From NCBI GenBank assembly GCA_016699265.1, contig CP064967.1, positions 540,001 to 572,000 on the forward strand: a stretch of DNA of 32,000 bases, in the 5' to 3' direction. The notes under the pieces were generated by a model. The model made no database searches, was not told where the DNA came from, and saw nothing but the letters and a program-made list of their open reading frames with translations. This DNA is from Candidatus Saccharimonadota bacterium (GTDB lineage: Bacteria; Patescibacteriota; Microgenomatia; UBA1406; GWC2-37-13). Positions 25,538-32,000 of this stretch are shown one piece after another (the stretch's first letter is position 1; each line of letters begins with the position of its first letter). The translations under genes and the position numbers were made by a program.

Positions 25538-27319
25538 ATGCAACTTAATAGAGAACAGCAAGCGGCTGTTGAAAACACCTCAGGACCATCGATTATTCTT
25601 GCAGGAGCAGGCTCAGGAAAAACGCGAGTACTTATTCAAAAGGTCCTGCACTTGATTACCCATGCTCACGTACCTGCTCGTGAAGTTCTTATGATCACAT
25701 TTACAAATAAGGCTGCCTCCGAAATGAAGAGACGCATGGGAACTACTCAGCTTGGGTTTGTTGGAACTTTTCATGCCCTCTGTGCCAGAATGCTACGCAT
25801 TGATGGTGATCAAATTGGCATCGATAAAAACTTCGTCATCTACGACGAGTCAGATCAGTTGATGCTAATCAAACAAATCATTAAAAAAATGCAGACACAC
25901 TTTACTCCAAAGTATTTCCTAAATCGTATCTCAGCTGCAAAAGGAGAGCTTATCCAACCAGATCAGTTTAATCAAATTTTTATGGACTATTCAGCCGAGA
26001 TTGTGGGGCAGGTGTACAAAGAATATCAACTCAAGTTAAGAAAAAATAAAGCGCTGGACTTTGACGATCTACTTCTACTCACTCATGAGTTACTCACTCA
26101 TCGACAACTTATCCTAGAAAAATATCGGAGAAAGTACACTCACATCTTGGTAGACGAATTTCAAGACACGAATACTGCCCAGTATCAGATTGCAAAGATT
26201 CTCGCTTCGCCCGCCGAAGCTTCAGCGAAGGCTGGGCATAACATAACAGTAGTTGGCGATTTTTCCCAAAGCATTTACTCGTGGCGAGGCGCAGATATCG
26301 GAAACTTAAATAAATTCAAAAGAGACTTTAAGGACTGTAAGGAGTTTCATCTAGAGCAAAATTACCGCTCCACGCAACAAATACTTGACTACGCCTTCTC
26401 CATCATTTCTCAAAACACAACTCATCCCATTCTTCATCTTCGAACTACAAACAAAAAAGGAGAGGATGTGGTTGTGTACGAAGCGGCCGATGAACAGGAT
26501 GAGGCGTTTTTTATCATCGATGAAATGCGTAGATATATCTCGCTTTATCCAGAGGCATCGCTTGGGGTACTTTACAGAACCAATGCTCAGTCACGCATCA
26601 TCGAGGAGGCGTTACTTCATGCATCGATGCCCTATGTTCTTATTGGTGGAACTCGCTTTTATGACCGCAAAGAGGTCAAAGACGTACTCTCCTACCTTCG
26701 ATTCCTCGTAAATCCTCAGGATGAGGTTGCGATCGAACGACTCCAAAAAATTGGAAAGACGCGATTTAATAAACTCAAACTTGAGTATGTAAAAATCAAA
26801 GAGCGAGTAGAGAGCATTCCTACTGCAGAGCTTATGGAAATCGTCTTCAATTCAACTGGATACCTCGATCTGTACGACATCAATGATCCTGATGAATATG
26901 CACGGCTAGAGAATATTAAAGAACTGAAGTCGGTAGCTCTTCGATTCCCGGATATTTTTCATTTCTTGGAACAGGTAGCCCTCGTTGAATCAGAGTACTC
27001 GGAACAAGAAAAGGTCCAAAAACGCCTAAAAGGCGGTCACCACTTGGGCGAAAATGCAGATCTTTCTGGAATAAGCCTTATGACGCTGCACCAAGCGAAA
27101 GGCCTTGAGTTTGACTATGTGTGGGTAATAGGTCTCGAGGAAGGACTCCTTCCACACTCACGATCTGTCGATGACCTTTATCAGCTTGAAGAGGAGAGGA
27201 GATTGTTTTATGTTGGAATCACTCGTGCACGTCGCAAACTTTATATAACCCATGCTCGAAGACGATTTATCTTCGGCCGACGCGGAGAAACGATCAAATC
27301 TCGCTTTATCGAAGAATAA
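25538..27319 (+). CDS. pcrA: UvrD/PcrA-type superfamily 1A DNA helicase (short, 593 aa)
   Basis: Motifs seen: AGAGSGKT, TFTNKAASEM, VDEFQDTN, VVGDFSQSIYSWRGA, LEQNYRST, YRTNAQSR, TLHQAKGLEFD and VGITRARRKL. Confidence 0.95.
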   Translation: MQLNREQQAAVENTSGPSIILAGAGSGKTRVLIQKVLHLITHAHVPAREVLMITFTNKAASEMKRRMGTTQLGFVGTFHALCARMLRIDGDQIGIDKNFVIYDESDQLMLIKQIIKKMQTHFTPKYFLNRISAAKGELIQPDQFNQIFMDYSAEIVGQVYKEYQLKLRKNKALDFDDLLLLTHELLTHRQLILEKYRRKYTHILVDEFQDTNTAQYQIAKILASPAEASAKAGHNITVVGDFSQSIYSWRGADIGNLNKFKRDFKDCKEFHLEQNYRSTQQILDYAFSIISQNTTHPILHLRTTNKKGEDVVVYEAADEQDEAFFIIDEMRRYISLYPEASLGVLYRTNAQSRIIEEALLHASMPYVLIGGTRFYDRKEVKDVLSYLRFLVNPQDEVAIERLQKIGKTRFNKLKLEYVKIKERVESIPTAELMEIVFNSTGYLDLYDINDPDEYARLENIKELKSVALRFPDIFHFLEQVALVESEYSEQEKVQKRLKGGHHLGENADLSGISLMTLHQAKGLEFDYVWVIGLEEGLLPHSRSVDDLYQLEEERRLFYVGITRARRKLYITHARRRFIFGRRGETIKSRFIEE

Positions 27320-27325
27320 GAATAC

Positions 27326-27334
27326 CTGTATAAT
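27326..27334 (+). promoter_or_regulatory. -10 element CTGTATAAT, 5 nt upstream of the ATG at 27340
   Basis: CCTGTATAAT-ccctc-ATG. This is nearly identical to the block in front of the 123-aa ORF on the opposite strand (30074-30093). Confidence 0.5.
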
Positions 27335-27339
27335 CCCTC

Positions 27340-28581
27340 ATGCGAAATCGACTTGAAGGTCTTACGAGAGGCAATCAATTCTATGCTGCTCGCCGTGCAG
27401 AACACGCGACCACAGATCTACTTCCATTCCGTATTTCTCCGACACCATTTCCTTTAACATCCGAGCAACATTCAGAAATCCATCGTATTGGAGCAGACGT
27501 GTCGGATTTTTTTCATGCAAGCGATGCTCTCTACCGTGATAACGATCAGGTGAGAGAACTTCTGGATAGAGGGAAGCCAGAAATATTTTGTGATACAGAT
27601 CGACCGCTGAACTATCTATTTGTCAGACCAGACCTCATCATTACCGATACCGGTTTTACTATTTGTGAGATTGAGACCTCACCTTTTGGATTAGGACTAG
27701 CCCATCTATTAACTGACGGGTATAATCAGGCTGGTTTTGAGACTATGGTTGACCCAGCTATATTAGCTCAACATGTCCAGAATGGGACAGAACCGACCGG
27801 AGAGATCGTATTCAGCAAGAAAACCGACGCTTACAAAGGACAGTTAACCTACCTGGCAGAGTCTGTGTTCGGAAGGGACTGGACATTAAGAACGGTTGAT
27901 GACCTTAATCTAGATACTCAACTTTATCGTGCTTTTTATCTGTCGGAGTACATGGACGATCCTCAGGTAAGACTTTTAGTCAACGGCGTTGCTCATGACT
28001 CAACCAAAGGACTCCTACCATCTCTGACACCCCATCTTGAAGAGAAAGCAGTGCTAGCCCTTCTCTGGGACAGGAGATTTCAGGAACGCTTCAGATCTCA
28101 ACTCGGAGATGCGACCTTCAACCATCTTCGTCAGGTAATTCCTCCTACTTGGATCGTTGGCGAGGAAGCATACTTTGCCCCTGGTATGCCGGAGGGAATT
28201 GAGCGAAGTTCTCAGCTTGCATCGCTCGCTAAATCTAAGCGTGCCTTTGTATTAAAAACTTCAGGTTTTCACGGAGCGAGTTCGTGGGGAGAGGGTGTGA
28301 CTTTTCTTCATAAAAAATCAGGAAAAAGTGTGGCTGAACTGTTTATGGGAGTTGAACAAAATCTAGACACACTTCATGTTGTGCAGGAATTTCATAAGCC
28401 AACTGAGTTGCCTATGTCCTACGTATTTGAGGACACAGTCGTTACCATAGGCGCAAAGGTTCGCCTTACACCATACTTCTCACTACAAGGAAAGTTGCTT
28501 TCCATTAAGGCAACGGGACGACAGGGAACCGAGTTTATACACGGGTCAAGCGATAGCATAAATGCAGCAATTGGTATATAA
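27340..28581 (+). CDS. Hypothetical protein, possibly a circularly permuted / GspS-like ATP-grasp ligase
   Basis: 413 aa. An RPDLIITDTGFTICEIETSPFGLG block near the N-terminus is followed by a C-terminal LHVVQEFHKP...VRLTPYF...TGRQGTEFIHGSSDS block. This order resembles circularly permuted ATP-grasp proteins as I recall them. It uses more Arg than Lys. Confidence 0.45.
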   Translation: MRNRLEGLTRGNQFYAARRAEHATTDLLPFRISPTPFPLTSEQHSEIHRIGADVSDFFHASDALYRDNDQVRELLDRGKPEIFCDTDRPLNYLFVRPDLIITDTGFTICEIETSPFGLGLAHLLTDGYNQAGFETMVDPAILAQHVQNGTEPTGEIVFSKKTDAYKGQLTYLAESVFGRDWTLRTVDDLNLDTQLYRAFYLSEYMDDPQVRLLVNGVAHDSTKGLLPSLTPHLEEKAVLALLWDRRFQERFRSQLGDATFNHLRQVIPPTWIVGEEAYFAPGMPEGIERSSQLASLAKSKRAFVLKTSGFHGASSWGEGVTFLHKKSGKSVAELFMGVEQNLDTLHVVQEFHKPTELPMSYVFEDTVVTIGAKVRLTPYFSLQGKLLSIKATGRQGTEFIHGSSDSINAAIGI

Positions 28582-28587
28582 CGAACT

Positions 28588-29025
28588 ATGCAACGAATAA
28601 TCTTTGACTGGAAAAGGACGCTCTATGATCCCGATTCTCAAAAACTGTGTGAAGGAGCTGTAGAGCTTTTGAAATATCTTTCCTTACAAAAAATCGACTT
28701 GGTCTTGGTTGGAAAAGGGCAACCAAATACCATTCAGGATGTCATTCGCCTTGGGCTTTCCCAGTATTTTTCGAAGATCTTTTTTGTTGGCACGTTAAAG
28801 TCGAAGGATATATTTAGTCCATTTATTACAAACCCCCCACTGGATACCTATGTTGTAGGTGACCGGATTCGTTCTGAAATTATTCTCGGAAAAGAACTCG
28901 GAACTACGACCGTTTGGATTCGATTAGGAAAATTTGCTGATGAAGTCCCACAGACCCCGGAAGAAGAGCCTTCTCTCACCTTTTCAAGTCTATCCGATTT
29001 CTTAGTACATCTTCGAAACTCTTAA
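28588..29025 (+). CDS. Small HAD-superfamily-like hydrolase with non-canonical motif I (D-W-K instead of D-x-D)
   Basis: 145 aa with IIFDWKRTLYD (motif I-like) and YVVGDRIRSEI (motif IV-like). It is short for the family. Confidence 0.55.
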   Translation: MQRIIFDWKRTLYDPDSQKLCEGAVELLKYLSLQKIDLVLVGKGQPNTIQDVIRLGLSQYFSKIFFVGTLKSKDIFSPFITNPPLDTYVVGDRIRSEIILGKELGTTTVWIRLGKFADEVPQTPEEEPSLTFSSLSDFLVHLRNS

Positions 29026-29032
29026 AAAAAGA

Positions 29033-29060
29033 TTGACTCACCTAAAACTATTGCTATACT
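29033..29060 (+). promoter_or_regulatory. Canonical promoter TTGACT-16 bp-TATACT, 6 nt upstream of the ATG at 29067
   Basis: TTGACT lies at 29033-29038 and TATACT at 29055-29060. The geometry matches the promoter at 3504-3531. Confidence 0.6.
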
Positions 29061-29066
29061 ATCGCA

Positions 29067-29708
29067 ATGACAGACGTTATCTCGATCCTGAAAAAAGTGG
29101 GCGCTGTAATAACCAACGACCACTTCGTCTACACCTCAGGCAAACATGGTAGTGTGTATGTAAACAAAGATGCTGTCTACACTCATGTTGGTGAGGTTTC
29201 AAAAATAGGGAGGATGTTTGCTGAAAAATATAAAAATAGGGTGGTAGATATAGTTGCGGCTCCAGCTCTTGGCGGAATCATTTTATCGCAGTGGACTGCA
29301 CATCACTTATCAAGGCTTAAGGGCAAAGAAGTTCTTTCAGTCTACACAGAAAAAACACCGGACAAAGATCAGGTCTTCACGAGAGGTTATGACAAGTTGG
29401 TTAAAAATAAAAAAGTATTGGTGATCGAAGATCTCACAACGACCGGTGGCTCAGTAAAAAAAGTGGTAAAAAGTGTGAAAAAGGCTGGTGGAAAAGTTGT
29501 TGGCGTTGCGGTTATGGTGAACAGAAATCCGAAAGAGGTGAACTCAAAATTCATGAGCGTACCCTTTACAGCACTCGCCGTTCTAAAGGCAGAGGCTATC
29601 GAAGAAAAAAACTGCGAACTCTGTAAGAAAAATGTTCCCATCAACACAACTGTTGGACACGGGAAAAAATATCTAGAGGCTAAGAAGAAGTTATCAAAAC
29701 TGAACTAG
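29067..29708 (+). CDS. pyrE: Orotate phosphoribosyltransferase-like type I PRTase
   Basis: 213 aa with HFVYTSGKHGSVYVNKD and the PRPP-binding motif VLVIEDLTTTGGS. Confidence 0.75.
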   Translation: MTDVISILKKVGAVITNDHFVYTSGKHGSVYVNKDAVYTHVGEVSKIGRMFAEKYKNRVVDIVAAPALGGIILSQWTAHHLSRLKGKEVLSVYTEKTPDKDQVFTRGYDKLVKNKKVLVIEDLTTTGGSVKKVVKSVKKAGGKVVGVAVMVNRNPKEVNSKFMSVPFTALAVLKAEAIEEKNCELCKKNVPINTTVGHGKKYLEAKKKLSKLN

Positions 29709-30076
29709 GACTCGGTAATCGTTCTCTCTCCATACATATCCCACGATATCTTTGTCTTAGAGTCCTGCATCTCAAAAGAAACAAATCCACCCGATGAACC
29801 ATCTCCTCCGTATTGTTTCAAACTAGTTGTACCCACCTCACCATTTTTATTCCTGTAGGTAATCTGCCATAGGTGAGGAATACCGATATTAATAGTTGGA
29901 TCCTCTGGTTGAACGACGGCTAAGACCTCTATTCCATTTGGCACAAATCCAAGATTTATATACTTTATCTGCAACTGAAAGGCCAAGGCAAGATCTCTTA
30001 CCTGTTGATATCGTCCTCGTGTAGCCTCCGCTCTACGGTTAGGGGTTTGATCTATGCGACGCTCTATAACAGCCAT
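29705..30076 (-). CDS. Hypothetical protein (123 aa, Arg-rich N-terminus, no TM helix)
   Basis: The ORF has CCTGTATAAT-ctccctc-ATG immediately upstream (30074-30093, minus strand). I recognise no family. Confidence 0.55.
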   Translation of the reverse strand: MAVIERRIDQTPNRRAEATRGRYQQVRDLALAFQLQIKYINLGFVPNGIEVLAVVQPEDPTINIGIPHLWQITYRNKNGEVGTTSLKQYGGDGSSGGFVSFEMQDSKTKISWDMYGERTITES

Positions 30077-30083
30077 GAGGGAG

Positions 30084-30092
30084 ATTATACAG
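30084..30092 (-). promoter_or_regulatory. -10 element CTGTATAAT, 7 nt upstream of the ATG at 30076
   Basis: The minus strand reads CCTGTATAATCTCCCTCATG. Confidence 0.5.
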
Positions 30093-30107
30093 GATTTAGT
30101 TTAGGTA

Positions 30108-30124
30108 GTGACACTTCTTGTCAC
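30108..30124 (-). terminator. Short hairpin (6-bp stem GTGACA/TGTCAC, 5-nt loop) between the secA stop and the next promoter
   Basis: Seen directly. It is weak and has no clear U-tract. Confidence 0.25.
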
Positions 30125-30156
30125 ACCTCGCTCTTCGAGCTACGAGGAACGTGCGA

Positions 30157-32000
30157 TTAATTTGGGTAATGACAACGCTTGTACTTCTTTCCTGAACCGC
30201 AGTGACATGGATCATTTCTACCCGGTTTACCCTTGACCGCCGTAGCTTTAGCGACGGCTGGCTTGCTCGACGTTTTAGCTTTCGCCTTTGGCTCAGCAAA
30301 CTGAGCAGTCTCAACAGGACCGGAAAGTACTAATTCTTTTCGCCCAGAGGGCGATCCCCCTTTGGGGGATTCTTGCCCAGCCGCATGAATATGCTCATGC
30401 GCTTCGATCTGAACACTGAACATTCTTCTGGTTGCCTCGAAGTACATTCCCTGAATTAATCTCTCAAATAACTTAAAGGCCTCATTTTTATATTCAGCAA
30501 GTGGCTGCACATTCGCATATCCCCTCAGACCAATCCCCTGTCTAAGGTCGTCAATTGAGCTAAGATGTTGAGAGAAGTACATATCTATCACCGATAGAAA
30601 TATGAATCTAACAACGCCACGCCAGACACCATTGCTTGTCTCTTTTTCACGTTTTGCGTACTCCTTTTTTGCAGTAGAAACCAAGTAGTCTCGAAGACCC
30701 GTCTGGTTACGCTCCTCAATAAAGGTTTGAACAGTCTTCTCTGAAACAGGAAGTAACAATCTAAGCTCTCGAAGTGTCGTTGAATTCATCTCGGCAGTCT
30801 CATTGCCCAAATCAAAAGTAAACATGTTCGAGTGCATCTCAAGCTGCTCATCCACAACCGCAAGGATAGTTTCTTTGAAGGCACTATCGTCCTTATCTGC
30901 CTGCATGAGAATGTTTCTTCTCAGGTCATAGATAATTTCACGTTGCTTGTTCAATACGTCGTCGTACTCAACCGTATTTTTTCTCATGTCAAAGTTTCTT
31001 CCCTCGACCTTTACCTGAGCTTGTTCAATTGCTTTAGTTACCATTGAGTGAGTGAGTGGTTGGTCCTCAGGAAGATTAAAGAAGGTCATGAGCTTTGCAA
31101 TCTGTTCACCACCAAAAATTCTCATGAGATCGTCTTCAAGCGAGACGAAGAATCTTGACTCACCAGGATCACCTTGACGACCAGCTCTACCTCTGAGCTG
31201 ATTATCAATTCTTCTGGACTCATGGCGCTCGGTTCCGATAATGTATAAACCACCTAACTCGAGAACTTTTTTATGCTCATCATCCCACCCTCCTCCAGAG
31301 GAGGATCCCCCTTTGGATGTCTTTCTAACGTCCTTTTCTTTAGTCTTTAGATTTGCATCAGGATCTCCTCCTAAGATAATATCAACTCCTCGTCCAGCCA
31401 TATTCGTTGCAACTGTAACTGCATTGATTCTTCCGGCAGAGGCTATAATCTGAGCTTCCTGTTCATGATTTTTTGCGTTGAGAAGATTGTGCTGAATTCC
31501 TCTTTGTCTCAACATCTTTGACAATAGCTCATTCTTATCAATTGAGGTGGTACCTATGAGAACCGGTCGACCAGTCTTGTTAACCGCAGCTACTTCCTCA
31601 ACAACTGCCTTAAATTTGCCAATTTCAGTTTTGTAGATAAGATCCGATTCATCCTTTCGAATCATGTTGTTATGAGTCGGCACAATGAGAATCTCGCAGC
31701 CGTATATCTTGTGAAACTCTTCAGCTTCCGTCGCTGCAGTTCCGGTCATTCCAGAGAGGATTGCGTACTTTCTAAAGTAGTTTTGAAGGGAAATAGTTGC
31801 GAGAGTTTTCGATTCCTTTTGAATTGGCTGTCCTTCTTTTGCCTCAACTGCCTGGTGAATTCCTTCTGACCAGCGTCGACCGTACTGGAGTCTTCCGGTA
31901 AACTCATCAACGATGATTATTTCTGCGTCTTTTACAATGTAGTCCTTCTCTTTCTTAAATAAAGTCTCGGCCTTCAATGCCGCCTCAAGATGAAATACTG
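30157..32000 (-). CDS. secA: Preprotein translocase ATPase SecA, C-terminal ~610 codons (gene continues beyond the right edge)
   Basis: The frame is open to position 32000 (..VFHLEAALKAETLFKKEKDYIVKD). Motifs seen: IVDEFTGR, SGMTGTA, TNMAGRGVDI, ERHESRRIDNQLRGRAGRQGDPG and the C-terminal zinc motif CHCGSGKKYKRCH. Confidence 0.95.
   Translation of the reverse strand, partial: VFHLEAALKAETLFKKEKDYIVKDAEIIIVDEFTGRLQYGRRWSEGIHQAVEAKEGQPIQKESKTLATISLQNYFRKYAILSGMTGTAATEAEEFHKIYGCEILIVPTHNNMIRKDESDLIYKTEIGKFKAVVEEVAAVNKTGRPVLIGTTSIDKNELLSKMLRQRGIQHNLLNAKNHEQEAQIIASAGRINAVTVATNMAGRGVDIILGGDPDANLKTKEKDVRKTSKGGSSSGGGWDDEHKKVLELGGLYIIGTERHESRRIDNQLRGRAGRQGDPGESRFFVSLEDDLMRIFGGEQIAKLMTFFNLPEDQPLTHSMVTKAIEQAQVKVEGRNFDMRKNTVEYDDVLNKQREIIYDLRRNILMQADKDDSAFKETILAVVDEQLEMHSNMFTFDLGNETAEMNSTTLRELRLLLPVSEKTVQTFIEERNQTGLRDYLVSTAKKEYAKREKETSNGVWRGVVRFIFLSVIDMYFSQHLSSIDDLRQGIGLRGYANVQPLAEYKNEAFKLFERLIQGMYFEATRRMFSVQIEAHEHIHAAGQESPKGGSPSGRKELVLSGPVETAQFAEPKAKAKTSSKPAVAKATAVKGKPGRNDPCHCGSGKKYKRCHYPN

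Noticed and set aside
26385-26711. A 108-aa plus-strand ORF inside pcrA. The same applies to the many 60-130-aa nested or antisense track ORFs, for example 4030-4428, 5389-5676, 10251-10529, 11661-11969, 15778-16107 and 21699-21980.
   Set aside because: All are fully nested within long ORFs that carry recognisable conserved motifs. None shows a recognisable motif or start signal of its own.
29705-29708. Convergent genes whose stop codons overlap: the palindrome CTAG at 29705-29708, a 9-nt overlap at 23765-23773, and about 50 nt at 4508-4560.
   Set aside because: This is probably just extreme genome compaction. It is noted as context rather than as a functional element, although it leaves no room for terminators between convergent transcripts.
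30096-30314. A 72-aa minus-strand ORF overlapping the secA 3' end.
   Set aside because: It is an alternative frame of the secA C-terminal tail, which carries the conserved zinc motif in the other frame. It is Arg/Lys-rich junk and has no start context.
1-32000. A search for mobile elements, prophage genes, toxin-antitoxin pairs, restriction-modification, CRISPR-Cas or DGR components.
   Set aside because: I saw no transposase, integrase, reverse transcriptase, Cas or typical small paired TA ORFs. The only mobility-like signal is the inverted promoter block pair at 27325/30093, which is reported separately with caveats.

Overview
This is a compact, AT-rich, gene-dense bacterial segment with about 33 protein genes. 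I found no rRNA, tRNA, CRISPR array, transposase or integrase by eye. The gene content and several shortened proteins suggest a Patescibacteria/CPR-like or similarly reduced Gram-positive-type genome; that is inference only. No searches or numerical computations were run; all calls rest on reading the translations and the DNA.

Gene content, left to right:
- A minus-strand suf Fe-S cluster operon in the order sufC-sufB-sufD...sufS...sufU. It is interrupted by two secreted or surface-protein genes and by one opposite-strand orphan gene.
- t6A genes: tsaD, plus a tsaC (YrdC-type) reading frame that runs in frame into tsaE.
- ftsH, then a stand-alone 5'-3' exonuclease.
- An envelope glycopolymer block: GT4 glycosyltransferase, ManC-like nucleotidyltransferase, phosphoglycosyl transferase and a DUF4012-like protein.
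- recO, then glyQS.
- rpsT, translationally coupled to pilN/pilO-like genes, followed by four membrane or surface-protein genes. Two of these carry LPxxG sorting signals.
- An LCP ligase and tpiA on the minus strand, then pcrA/uvrD.
- A four-gene segment: an ATP-grasp-like orphan, a HAD-like protein, a pyrE-like PRTase and a 123-aa orphan.
- The 3' two thirds of secA.

Main observations:
1. At least 11 genes have a -10-like hexamer 5-7 nt upstream of the ATG and no Shine-Dalgarno sequence, which points to leaderless transcripts.
2. At least seven apparent single-base deletions sit in or near short homopolymer runs. They break sufD, tsaC, pilN and pilO, and are more likely consensus errors than gene decay.
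3. There is a TsaC-TsaE fusion frame.
4. A pilN/pilO plus sorting-signal protein cluster may be an undescribed envelope module.
5. Several short intergenic repeat families are not explained by the genes.
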